From positions 608,662-672,661 of the forward strand of contig JAQTUX010000001.1 in assembly GCA_028707125.1 (NCBI GenBank): DNA of 64,000 nt, written 5' to 3'. Of this stretch, positions 6,719-16,534 are shown piece by piece; position 1 is the first letter of the stretch, and each line of letters begins with the position of its first letter. The DNA comes from Candidatus Omnitrophota bacterium. Lineage in GTDB: Bacteria; Omnitrophota; Gorgyraeia; Gygaellales; JAQTUX01. A program made the position numbers and the translations under genes. A model generated the notes under the pieces. That model was given only the letters and a program-made list of their open reading frames with translations, was not told where the DNA came from and searched no databases.

Positions 6719-9223
6719 ATGAAACTGAAAGAAGTAACATTAAATAAGCTCAAGCGACATATTCCCCATACGAAATTTGCTAGAGCATATCAAAAATTAA
6801 TGACTTCAGAGAAAGATAGTTTACTCTCTTTTGAAGATAAGTTTATACTACTGAAGTTAGCAATAATTTTCTGTAACTTCGGAGATAAGCATTTAAAAAA
6901 GTTAGGATATAGGATTATTTTAAGATATTCGAACTTGTCCAATGACTATATCCCTTTATATGATATCGCCATGGCAAATGATCATATTTCTGTGGCAAAG
7001 TTTATTGAAATAAATTATTTGAATAAAGAAAAGATCGAAAACTCCTTTAATTGCATTTTTCTATCTGCTTATAAAGAAAACTTTAAATATGGAGAGATTT
7101 ATCTTTCTGCTGGGCAGAAAGATATTATAGAATTTGCTGAAGAGACCAGTGGAAATTTTGCAATTGTTGCCCCAACTTCTTATGGTAAAACAGACATAAT
7201 AATATCTTTAATTAAGAAAAACATTTCTAAAAAAGTATGCATAGTGGTGCCTACAAAAGCTTTGCTTTCTCAAACTAGGAAACGAATAATGGGAAATGAA
7301 GATTTAGCGAAACAAATTAATAGAATAATTGTTCATCAGGATATGTACAAAGGAAATGAGAAAAATTTTGTTGCCGTTTTGACACAAGAAAGGCTTTTGA
7401 GATTGCTTGAAGAGAATGAGAAATTGGGACTTGATTTGATTCTTGTTGATGAAGCCCATAATTTATTATATGGAGAGGCTAGAGACGTACTCTTGGCGCA
7501 GGTATTAATGCTTTCGAAAAAGAGGAATTCAAGAGTAGAATTTCAATTTTTTACTCCTTTTTTAGTAGATGTAAATAGTTTGAAGATTCCCTACATGAAG
7601 TATGAAATAGAAGAAAAGAAAGTCGAGGAAAATATAAAAGTAGAAAGATACTATTATTGCGAAAAGAAAAACAGATACAGGCTCTATCTATACGATCAAT
7701 TTATTGACGAACCTTTGAACATAGAAGGGCCATTGTTTGATGATGATATTTCTTTTATAATGCACCATAAGGGAGTAAAAAATATCGTATATTTAAACCG
7801 CACAAGAGATTTAGAAACAGCCGCATTAGATTTAGCTTCTCAAAATGGTAGCTTAAATGGAATAAATAAAGAGGTCGAAGAACTATGTAAAGATATTTCG
7901 TCATATCTGCACGAAGACTACAATTTGTTGAAGTGCATTAAAGGGGGAGTCGTATATCATCATGGGTCTATGCCAGACATTATTCGATTATACGCAGAAG
8001 ACATTTTCACTAAAATGCACGAGTTTAAATTTATCGTGACAAGTTCTACTCTGTTAGAAGGAGTAAATATTCCTGCGGAAAAAATGTTTGTACTTAACTG
8101 TTCCATCGGGACAAGATATTTATCGAGTTCACAATTTAGAAATCTTGCAGGTAGGGTTTGTCGTTTTAAAGATGTTTTTAAGGAAAATTTCGGTAACTTA
8201 AAAATGTTAGAACCTGACATATATGTTGTAGGAGGAATTTTCGCCAGAAAAGGAGTAAATATAAAGAATTTCTTGAAACACAGGGTTAAAGACGATAAAA
8301 AAATTAGTGATAAAATCGAGAACGTATTATTACTTGATAAAGAAAAGAATACTGCAATCAATGAAGAAAAAAAAGAGGAAATTGAGAAAGCTTTAGAATA
8401 TTTGGAAAATATCGAGCCTGAGACTACTAAGACTAGTAAAGCTAAATACGCGCAATCAGAGATCGGCAAAGCATGCTTTAAGAATAATGTTACCGAATTT
8501 GATATTATAGAAAAGGAACTCAATTTGCAAAAATTATTTGAAACGATTGATAAAAATACTAAAATTGATGACTTAAATAATCTACTCAGCACTATAGCTA
8601 AATTGTTTATTACCTTAATAGATTTTAATGAAAGCTTAACTAGGGAAAATGTAAGTAACCTGTTGCGTTTGGAGAATCCGAAAGCTCAAAGTTTTTATGC
8701 GATGCTGCTTTCATGGCGCATGAGTGGCAGTCCGTATAAAATGATGATAAGGAAATTTCTAGACCACTGGGATAAAGTTGAAGATAAGATAGTGTATTTT
8801 GGTAAAAAGTGGGGAGAAATAAAACGCAAAGAGAGTGATTTTTCCCCATTGTTCGTAGATATTAGTAGAAAACCTCCGGCTCAACGAGTAAACTTGGCTA
8901 TTGTGCGTATTAAAGAAGAACAAGATTTCATTGATAACGTTCTAATAAAATATATTGAAGTTCTTAACGATCTTGGCTTGCTTGATAAAACTTTTTATGA
9001 AAAAATTAAATATGGTAGTGCAGATCCAGATACGATATGCTTGCTGAAGAATGGGTTCTCAATGGACTTAGCTGGTCGTGTTACTGAAGAGAAATACAAG
9101 CAGTATGTGAGTATTGATGTCGCTGAAGAAAATGTTAAAATTAACCCTGATATCATTTCTGCAATGAAGGAACACGGAGAAAATAAGCTAATTATCTTTG
9201 AGGTTGGTTATCACCTTAGCTAA
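6719..9223 (+). CDS. SF2 DEAH-box helicase with about 350-aa C-terminal extension, putative HamB-like
   Basis: Walker A APTSYGKT, Ia VVPTKALLSQT, II LVDEAHN, III-like FFTPF, V TSSTLLEGVNIP, VI QFRNLAGRVCR. 834 aa. Confidence 0.5.
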   Translation: MKLKEVTLNKLKRHIPHTKFARAYQKLMTSEKDSLLSFEDKFILLKLAIIFCNFGDKHLKKLGYRIILRYSNLSNDYIPLYDIAMANDHISVAKFIEINYLNKEKIENSFNCIFLSAYKENFKYGEIYLSAGQKDIIEFAEETSGNFAIVAPTSYGKTDIIISLIKKNISKKVCIVVPTKALLSQTRKRIMGNEDLAKQINRIIVHQDMYKGNEKNFVAVLTQERLLRLLEENEKLGLDLILVDEAHNLLYGEARDVLLAQVLMLSKKRNSRVEFQFFTPFLVDVNSLKIPYMKYEIEEKKVEENIKVERYYYCEKKNRYRLYLYDQFIDEPLNIEGPLFDDDISFIMHHKGVKNIVYLNRTRDLETAALDLASQNGSLNGINKEVEELCKDISSYLHEDYNLLKCIKGGVVYHHGSMPDIIRLYAEDIFTKMHEFKFIVTSSTLLEGVNIPAEKMFVLNCSIGTRYLSSSQFRNLAGRVCRFKDVFKENFGNLKMLEPDIYVVGGIFARKGVNIKNFLKHRVKDDKKISDKIENVLLLDKEKNTAINEEKKEEIEKALEYLENIEPETTKTSKAKYAQSEIGKACFKNNVTEFDIIEKELNLQKLFETIDKNTKIDDLNNLLSTIAKLFITLIDFNESLTRENVSNLLRLENPKAQSFYAMLLSWRMSGSPYKMMIRKFLDHWDKVEDKIVYFGKKWGEIKRKESDFSPLFVDISRKPPAQRVNLAIVRIKEEQDFIDNVLIKYIEVLNDLGLLDKTFYEKIKYGSADPDTICLLKNGFSMDLAGRVTEEKYKQYVSIDVAEENVKINPDIISAMKEHGENKLIIFEVGYHLS

Positions 9224-9294
9224 AAATGAAATAAGGAGCTTTCTATAATTTTCCCTGAACGGTAAGTTTTGTGTATCGCTAAAAATTAAACAAA

Positions 9295-9921
9295 ATGCGA
9301 ATTATTAAAAGTGAAGAAGAATTGCCTTGGCCTAAAAAAGGCGATAGTATTTTTACGCCTTCTAATAAATGGCAATATAATGCTTGTTTTCATTTTACCC
9401 ATGAAGAGATGCACTTGTATATTGATGGCTATCTCCGTGCGGCAGAAATATTAGTTAACTCGGTTTGCCGTTCTGCAAGAAGAAGTAGTTACATAGACGC
9501 TAAAGTTTATCCGATTTTATTCCTCTACCATCATCATATTGAATTACAGCTAAAAAATATCATATACAAAGGAAACATCCTTCTAAACAAAAATGAAAGA
9601 TTTCCTCAGCATCACAAGATTTATGAATTATGGCTTATTGCCAAAAAGATTATTTGTAAAGTAAATGAGAACAGCAAAGACAGAAGGCCAGTAAATATTG
9701 CTGAGAAGGTTATTAAGGAATTAGCTACGATAAACAATGACGCTGAGGGGTATCGCTATCCATATGATAAAGATGGTAATCTTTTACTCAAGGATATTAA
9801 ACATTTAAACCTTGATACCTTGCGAAAAGTTATGGGAAGAATCACCACATTTCTAGATGCAGTATCTGAACAAATATATGTTTATTTAGATTATAAGCAA
9901 GAGATGGAAAACAATTTTTAA
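9295..9921 (+). CDS. hypothetical protein, third island gene (possible accessory or effector)
   Basis: 208-aa AT-rich ORF, co-oriented with the helicase. No clear motif, only a weak Rx4H-like RFPQHH. Confidence 0.4.
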   Translation: MRIIKSEEELPWPKKGDSIFTPSNKWQYNACFHFTHEEMHLYIDGYLRAAEILVNSVCRSARRSSYIDAKVYPILFLYHHHIELQLKNIIYKGNILLNKNERFPQHHKIYELWLIAKKIICKVNENSKDRRPVNIAEKVIKELATINNDAEGYRYPYDKDGNLLLKDIKHLNLDTLRKVMGRITTFLDAVSEQIYVYLDYKQEMENNF

Positions 9922-10401
9922 TGAGGGGGATAACAGAATTCGGTTTTTTTTGTCTGCAATCTATAGTAGAATTATTTTCCACCCCTCAAAATCCTCTGAA
10001 TTGAAGCTGTTTTCTTATGCAAAAGGGCAAATTTTTCCGCCGCCAAAAATTTGCCCTTTTGCTCGCGCTTCTCAAGCGTCGTTCAGGAGAGGCGCAGTAT
10101 GCCGCACCGCCAGCTTTTACTCGTTAAATGCGGCATAGCGGACACTTTACTGCGTAAAGTGCAAGCACTTTTCTTATTATTAAACGATTGAAAAGTGGAC
10201 GCTGGGGCTGGCGGCGCCGCCACCCGCCGCCAGCCGCACAGAACCGCACACTCACCGACAAATAAGAAACTCCGGAAACTCCAGACGCTTTATGGGCTCC
10301 CCCGCGAGGAAGAGGGTTGTTAAGGGGGAAATATCTCTTGCATAACAAGATATGGGAATTATAATTAAATAAAACATCCGGCACGGCCGTTATTCATTAT
10401 T

Positions 10402-12369
10402 ATGAAGATCCTTTATTGGCAGGGAACTCTGTTTCTGTTGCTTACACTCCTCTTGGTGTGGTTGTCGCGGTCGGCATCACGCCGGCAGGGATTTCTTGCT
10501 TCTGTCGGCATAGCGGCAGGTTCGTTGCTGTGGGGCTGGACAGCGCTGTTTTTCATAAGCGTCTTCTTTATGGAAATTGCAGGTTTAGGCCTTGATGTTG
10601 TAACCGTTAGAAGCATTACCTCCGAATCGGCTCTGGTTGTGTTACCTTTGGCGTTGTTGCCGGTATTTATGCGCAAGGGAGCGGCCGCATTATTAGTGTC
10701 GTTTTTTTCCCTCTTGATCTTTGCAGATATCCTCTACAGGCGTTATTTTGGCATACCTGTTCCGTTTTGGTCGCTGGCAGAAGCACATCAGCTGATAGAA
10801 TGGCGTGAGAGCGTATATGGCATTGTATCTTTGAGGGATATGGTGCTGCTATTTTTTCCCCTGGGAATACTGCTTTTTGTCTTAGGTTACAAGAATTCCA
10901 TAAGATTTCAGCGGCCGCTTGGGGGATTACGCATAATATGCCGGTATATCTTTATCTTTCTGGTCTTCCTGGCGATAGGCCTGCCGAGTATACGCCTATT
11001 ATACAGTAATATGCATGATTACAGTAATAGGGACAGGGTCTGCCGCGAAGGCCTCTTCCTTCAGAGATGGGGAGTGTTGAACAACCATTTATTTGACCTT
11101 TTGCGGCTGATACGGGAAAGTTGCCTGCGCAGCAGGTTGAGTCCTGACGCGGAGCGGAAGTTACGGGCGTTTTTTGAGAAGCGGGCAGAAGGGGCAAAAG
11201 ACGCAGGCACATTTGGCCTGGCCCGCGGCAAGAACTTGCTCTTGATACAGGTTGAGTCACTGGAGCAGTTTGTCATAGGTAAAAAGATCAACGGCCAGGA
11301 GGTCACCCCTTTCTTAAACCGGTTATCTGAGGAGGCGCTGTATTATCCCTATATATTTGACCAGACGGCCGACGGGACAAGTTCCGATGCCGATTTTTGC
11401 GTCTTGAACTCTCTGCATCCCCTCAACCGGGGGGCGGTTGTCTTTCGAAGGCCTTACAACCATTTCGTGGCCCTACCGCGTCTTCTTAAGGACGCCGGCT
11501 ATACAACTTTCTCGGCGCAGGCCATCGTTCGGGATACCTGGAATATGGCCGTTGTGTATCCGCGTTACGGCATTGAGCATTCTCTGTTCCTGGAAGAAAT
11601 GGGGGAGGGAGAACTGTTGGGAAGAAGGTTTGCCGACCATATATTTCTAAGCCGTATGGTCAGGGACCTGGAAAAACTGAGAAGGCCTTTTTTTGCCTTC
11701 CTGGCTACCATTATCTCCCATTACCCGTTCGATAATATACCCGATGAGTATAAGAGTTTAGACTTAGGGAAGATAGAAGGCACCATGCTCGGCGATTACC
11801 TGCATTGCATGTATTATGAAGATAAGTGCATAGGTCAGTTCCTGCGTGATTTAAAAAGCGCGGGATTGCTCAAGGATACTGTTGTAGTTATATACGGGGA
11901 CCACAGGGCTCGTCTGCCTGTTAACGCGGACCTGCTTCAGTTCGCAGTGCCTGACGCAGAGGCGCTTTCGGAACAGATGTTAGAGGCGGGATTAAGCCGC
12001 GTTCCACTCTTTATCAGGATCCCCGGCGACAACCCAAAAGGCATAATGCCGGTTGTAGGGGGCCATGTAGATATCGCTCCGACGTTATTGCATTTGCTGG
12101 GCATTGAACGGCCCAGGTGTTTTATCGGTAATTCTCTGATCGGCACCGGCCCCAAGACGGCCGTTTTATCACAGCCATTGATGTCTAAGGTGTCGGACGG
12201 CCGCGTGCTGATGCCTAATAGAGGCAGATGCCTTGAATTTCCTTCCGGCAAGCCCTTATCGATAAGGGCTTGTGAGGATCTCAGCTTTAGCGCCAGAGAG
12301 GAATTAGATACCTCCAGGGCGGTTATCTTGCATGATCTGGCCAGGGAGATCAAAGGAGGCGGCGATTAG
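10402..12369 (+). CDS. membrane-anchored sulfatase / LtaS-like phosphoglycerol (or phosphoethanolamine) transferase
   Basis: About 5 N-terminal TM helices, then an alkaline-phosphatase-superfamily domain (SSDADFCVLNSLHP, VIYGDHRAR). Confidence 0.6.
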   Translation: MKILYWQGTLFLLLTLLLVWLSRSASRRQGFLASVGIAAGSLLWGWTALFFISVFFMEIAGLGLDVVTVRSITSESALVVLPLALLPVFMRKGAAALLVSFFSLLIFADILYRRYFGIPVPFWSLAEAHQLIEWRESVYGIVSLRDMVLLFFPLGILLFVLGYKNSIRFQRPLGGLRIICRYIFIFLVFLAIGLPSIRLLYSNMHDYSNRDRVCREGLFLQRWGVLNNHLFDLLRLIRESCLRSRLSPDAERKLRAFFEKRAEGAKDAGTFGLARGKNLLLIQVESLEQFVIGKKINGQEVTPFLNRLSEEALYYPYIFDQTADGTSSDADFCVLNSLHPLNRGAVVFRRPYNHFVALPRLLKDAGYTTFSAQAIVRDTWNMAVVYPRYGIEHSLFLEEMGEGELLGRRFADHIFLSRMVRDLEKLRRPFFAFLATIISHYPFDNIPDEYKSLDLGKIEGTMLGDYLHCMYYEDKCIGQFLRDLKSAGLLKDTVVVIYGDHRARLPVNADLLQFAVPDAEALSEQMLEAGLSRVPLFIRIPGDNPKGIMPVVGGHVDIAPTLLHLLGIERPRCFIGNSLIGTGPKTAVLSQPLMSKVSDGRVLMPNRGRCLEFPSGKPLSIRACEDLSFSAREELDTSRAVILHDLAREIKGGGD

Positions 12370-13012
12370 AAACATATTTAAGGCCATTCATATCGCGTAC
12401 GAGGCACGTTATGTTCTTTTGGCGGCGCTGTCGTTTTGCCTGGCCTTCTGTTTGATATTTCCCGACCAGAGGTATATTTTTATCGCGGCCTGCGCATTGC
12501 TTTTATTGTTTTTCAGGGATCCCGCAAGGGACATCCCTGATGACCCTTTCGCCATAGTCGCTCCTGCCGACGGCAGGATCGCCGATATTGATATTGTCAG
12601 GGTGGAAGAGCTTGGGAAAGAATTCCTGCGTATAGGGATCTATCTTTCCATCTTTGATGTGCATGTCCAGCGCCTGCCTTATAACGGCGAGATCGAGAAG
12701 GTGGAATATAAAAAGGGCAGGTTTCATATCGCTTCCGGGCATAAGGCCGCGGTTCACAACGAATCCAACACCGTAGCGATAAAGACAGAGTGCGGGGCGA
12801 TGCTGGTCAAGCAGATATGCGGGAGCATTGTAAGAAGGATTGTCTGCAATGTGGCACCCAGGAAGATGGTAACAAAAGGGGAGAGATTGGGCATGATTAT
12901 GTTTGGTTCGCGCGTTGAGCTTTATATCTCTCCGCGGACAGAGTTGCTTGTGGGGGTTGGAGATAAAGTGGCGGCAGGCCAGACGTTTATGGGCAGGTGC
13001 ATTGTTCCTTAA
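12332..13012 (+). CDS. phosphatidylserine decarboxylase-related (archaetidylserine decarboxylase-like) proenzyme
   Basis: Short PSD-like size (226 aa) with FGSRVELYI resembling the FGSTV pyruvoyl site. Start uncertain (overlaps upstream gene). Confidence 0.5.
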   Translation: MIWPGRSKEAAIRNIFKAIHIAYEARYVLLAALSFCLAFCLIFPDQRYIFIAACALLLLFFRDPARDIPDDPFAIVAPADGRIADIDIVRVEELGKEFLRIGIYLSIFDVHVQRLPYNGEIEKVEYKKGRFHIASGHKAAVHNESNTVAIKTECGAMLVKQICGSIVRRIVCNVAPRKMVTKGERLGMIMFGSRVELYISPRTELLVGVGDKVAAGQTFMGRCIVP

Positions 13013-13235
13013 GGGCGCTTCGGGGATGGCTCGGCAGGGCCCGTTGCCTCTTAGTTCGATTATGCTTGACAAAAGGCATAAAACTCTTTAAAGTAGTCAT
13101 ATAATGTTATAGAATATTCGCGGGTTCAGAAGTAAGGTTGTTTTCTGAAGGTTTTGGATGGTCGGGCCGCCATCTTGCGCGTTAATGCGAGATGGCGGTT
13201 TTGTTTTTCGCGTAACATAATAACTTATAAGGAGG

Positions 13236-14240
13236 TTGTCCATGGAATGGCAAAATGTCCCTACCCCTGATGAAATAATAGACATAGGCAAAAAGAAGTT
13301 TTCTAATTACGGCGGATATGTCACCTGGATAGCATTAGCCCTGATAATTATCGCGGGGCTGAAAAGCGCGGTCTATTCCATAGGCCCGGATGAGGTGGGC
13401 GTGATCCAGAGGTTTGGTAAATATAGCGCCTTAAGTTCGCCCGGGCTGCACGCGAAGATCCCTTTTATTGACAGGGTGACCCCCATCAAGGTGGAGAAGA
13501 TCTTTAAGGAAGAGTTTGGGATAAGGAGTATGGATAAAGGGCCAAGGGCAGGGCGTTATTATGGAGCAGACCTGGAAGAGTCCCTTATGCTTACGGGGGA
13601 CTTAAACATACTTGATGTGCGCTGGATCGTGCAGTTTAAGATCAAAGACCCCATAAAGCTGCTCTTTATTGTGCGTGATCCCCTCAAGATCATAAGGGAC
13701 GTTTCCGAGATAGTCATGCGCAGGTTTGTGGGAGATTACACTGTGGATGAGGTATTAACCATTAAAAGGGAAGAAATAGATCATCTGGCTCAAGTCGAGA
13801 TGCAAAAGATCCTGGATGATTACCAGACGGGAGTGCAGGTCATCACGGTAAAGCTGCTGGATGTAAACCCTCCTGATAAGGTAAAGCCGGCTTTTAACGA
13901 AGTGAATGAGGCAAAGCAGGAAAAGGAAAAAATGATCAATCAGGCCTGGGAGGCATATAATAAAGCCATACCAAAGGCCAGGGGAGAAGCGGAGCGGACT
14001 ATCCGCGAGGCGGAAGGATATTCCCTTGATAAGATAAACAGGGCCAAAGGCGAATCGGATAGATTCTTAATTACTTTAAGCGAATATCAAAAGGCTCCGG
14101 AGATCACCCGCAAGAGGTTGTATCTTGAGACGCTCGCCGAAGTTTTGCCCAAGGCAAAGGAAAAATATGTTATTGACCCAAGGCAATCTTCCATATTGCC
14201 GCTGTTAGATATCGGCAAGAAAGGAGGGACCAAGCAATGA
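13236..14240 (+). CDS. hflK: protease modulator HflK (SPFH/band-7)
   Basis: N-terminal TM helix, SPFH domain, coiled-coil. Overlaps hflC start. Confidence 0.8.
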   Translation: MSMEWQNVPTPDEIIDIGKKKFSNYGGYVTWIALALIIIAGLKSAVYSIGPDEVGVIQRFGKYSALSSPGLHAKIPFIDRVTPIKVEKIFKEEFGIRSMDKGPRAGRYYGADLEESLMLTGDLNILDVRWIVQFKIKDPIKLLFIVRDPLKIIRDVSEIVMRRFVGDYTVDEVLTIKREEIDHLAQVEMQKILDDYQTGVQVITVKLLDVNPPDKVKPAFNEVNEAKQEKEKMINQAWEAYNKAIPKARGEAERTIREAEGYSLDKINRAKGESDRFLITLSEYQKAPEITRKRLYLETLAEVLPKAKEKYVIDPRQSSILPLLDIGKKGGTKQ

Positions 14241-15196
14241 AAGAAGGCAAATTAGGGACTATTGTGGGATTGGTTTTTTCACTGGCTATAATTGTTGTGT
14301 TCGCGTTCGCGAGCGGGGCGTTATTTATAGTGGATGAAACAAAACAAGTAGTGGTCACTCAGTTCGGCAAGCCGGTGGGAGAGCCGATAACATCCGCGGG
14401 CCTGCATTTTAAGACGCCTTTTATTCAACAGGCGCATTATTTTGAGAAGAGGCTTCTGGAATGGGACGGTGAGCCGAATCAGATACCCACAAAAGACAAA
14501 AAATATATATGGGTAGACACAATGGCGCGCTGGAAGATAGTGGACGCGTTGAAGTTCCTGCAGTCCGTAGGCAATGAGTTAAGCGCCGGCAGCCGCCTGA
14601 ATGATATCATCAATTCAGCCACCAGAGACGCCGTTACGGGGAATCTTCTGGTTGAGGCGGTAAGGGACTCAAACCGCATATTGGAGAGCAAAGATCTCGG
14701 GGATGATGCCATTGTCAGCGAGGAGGCTTTGGAGCGCATTGAGACAGGAAGGCAAAAATTAACCCGCGCCATATTGGAGAAGGCAAAGGTCCTCGCTCCG
14801 CAATACGGGATCGAGATCATGGATGTGCGCGTAAAGCGCATAAATTATGTGGAGGAAGTGCGTAATAAGGTGTATGACAGGATGATCGCCGAGAGAAAAC
14901 GCGCCGCCGAGAAATACCGTTCGGAAGGATTTGGAAAATCCGCCGAGATCGAAGGCCAGACCGGTAAAGAGTTGAAATTGATCACCTCTGAGGCCTACCG
15001 GCAGGCGCAGTCGATCGTCGGGAAGGCAGATGCCGAAGCGATTAATATTTACGCCGGCTCTTATGAGCAGAACCCCGAATTTTACTCGCTCCTTAAGACA
15101 TTGGAAACATATAAAGGCACTATCGACGAAAATTCAACGCTGATCCTGACTACCGACAGCGATTACTACAAATACCTTAAGGCCCTGGGTAATTAG
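14237..15196 (+). CDS. hflC: protease modulator HflC (SPFH/band-7)
   Basis: TM plus SPFH domain, paired with hflK. Confidence 0.8.
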   Translation: MKEGKLGTIVGLVFSLAIIVVFAFASGALFIVDETKQVVVTQFGKPVGEPITSAGLHFKTPFIQQAHYFEKRLLEWDGEPNQIPTKDKKYIWVDTMARWKIVDALKFLQSVGNELSAGSRLNDIINSATRDAVTGNLLVEAVRDSNRILESKDLGDDAIVSEEALERIETGRQKLTRAILEKAKVLAPQYGIEIMDVRVKRINYVEEVRNKVYDRMIAERKRAAEKYRSEGFGKSAEIEGQTGKELKLITSEAYRQAQSIVGKADAEAINIYAGSYEQNPEFYSLLKTLETYKGTIDENSTLILTTDSDYYKYLKALGN

Positions 15197-15312
15197 AACA
15201 CAAAATCTCGCGCCGGACCGATACTGGTAAAACGCAGTATAAAGTCCGCCTATCCCGCGCAGACGTTGTTTATGGCCAAACAATAATCTGATATTTCCCG
15301 GGAAAACTTTCA

Positions 15313-16455
15313 GTGAGGAGTCTTGTCATGAAGAAGGTGCTTCTTATTTCATTTGAATACCCCGTCGGTAAGTCATATTGCGGCGGGGTAGGTCAGATCG
15401 TAGAACAGAGCAGGGACAGCCTGTTGGCTATGGGCTACGAAACTTACGTCCTTATAAGCTCTGATTTTGCCAGGAAATACCCGGTTAAACTGCTGTTTCC
15501 GAACGGTTCCATAAAACGCTACCGCAATCTCGGGGCGTTCCTGAGAGAATATGACTGGTGTAAATTTGGCTACATAATCCATCATTTTGTGAACTGGACC
15601 AGCGAGCTTAAGAAAATTAAAATGCAAAAAGGAAGAAAACCTAAGATTATATATCATTTTCACAGCATATTAAGAAGGGAAAAAGAATCCGGATTCCGGA
15701 CGTTAAACCACTTCCTGCGCAATCAGGAGAAGATGATTGAATTGGCGGAAAGGATAATCTGCCCTTCCGCTTATGAATACGATAATTTCATCAGATATTT
15801 CCCTTCTTCCATAGACAAGGTGGTTGTTATTGAGAATACGATCGAGACCTTCAGGGCGGACAGAAAGAGGATCGAAGAGATAAGGGATACGCACAACATA
15901 AAAAGGAACGACATTGTTTCGCTTTATGTGGGCAGGCTTGAGAGGATAAAGGGGGCCCATATTCTGCTTGAGGAAGCGCACAGGATCCTCGAGAGGCGCC
16001 GGCATCTTAAACTCTTTTTTGTAGGGAGGTCGCTGGAGAAAGACCTGTATAAAAGGTTGTTAAAGCTCTGCAGGAGATTCCCAGGCCAGTTCTTTTATAA
16101 AAGGCATCTGGAGAAAAGCGAATTGTTCCAATATTATTATTTAAGCGATATCTATATAAACAGTTCCTTAAGCGAATCGTTTTCTTTGAGCACCCACGAA
16201 GGAGCGTTTTGCGGCAATGCCCTGCTTTTAAACCGGCTTCCGGTTTTGGAGAAGTTCAAGCGCGCCGCGTTATTTTTCGACGCGAATAACGGGGATTTTT
16301 CCGATAAATACGAGGCATTGATAAGAAATCGCGCTTTAAGAAAGAAACTCGCGGGCAGAGCACGGGAAGTTGCCAATAAATTTATCCACGGCAACAGGTT
16401 TAAAAATAATCTTTGCAAACTTATTAATAGCTTTGCGGTTGAGGGTAAAATTTAA
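15313..16455 (+). CDS. glycosyltransferase family 1 (GT4)
   Basis: C-terminal GT-B motif STHEGAFCGNALLL. 380 aa. Confidence 0.7.
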   Translation: MRSLVMKKVLLISFEYPVGKSYCGGVGQIVEQSRDSLLAMGYETYVLISSDFARKYPVKLLFPNGSIKRYRNLGAFLREYDWCKFGYIIHHFVNWTSELKKIKMQKGRKPKIIYHFHSILRREKESGFRTLNHFLRNQEKMIELAERIICPSAYEYDNFIRYFPSSIDKVVVIENTIETFRADRKRIEEIRDTHNIKRNDIVSLYVGRLERIKGAHILLEEAHRILERRRHLKLFFVGRSLEKDLYKRLLKLCRRFPGQFFYKRHLEKSELFQYYYLSDIYINSSLSESFSLSTHEGAFCGNALLLNRLPVLEKFKRAALFFDANNGDFSDKYEALIRNRALRKKLAGRAREVANKFIHGNRFKNNLCKLINSFAVEGKI

Positions 16456-16534
16456 CGGCATATACCCGCTTTGCCCGCATCTTCATACAAATTCCCCTTG
16501 TAGAGTTATAAGGTGGGGGAGTATAATAAGAACC

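Larger units (their letters stand above)
4749..10329 (+). mobile_element. tRNA-Asn-adjacent AT-rich genomic island (putative defence island) bounded by 29-bp direct repeats
   Basis: cccgcgaggaagagggttgttaaggggga occurs at 4749-4777 and 10301-10329. The interior at 5900-9930 is about 30% GC against about 50% for the flanks. It starts just downstream of a tRNA gene. No integrase is present. Confidence 0.6.

Noticed and set aside
9950-10384. Small ORFs (62 aa plus strand, 86 aa minus strand) in the island's right arm
   Set aside because: No RBS. They span GC-rich hairpins and the boundary repeat, and the translations are Arg/Gly/Ala-rich, typical of GC-rich non-coding DNA.
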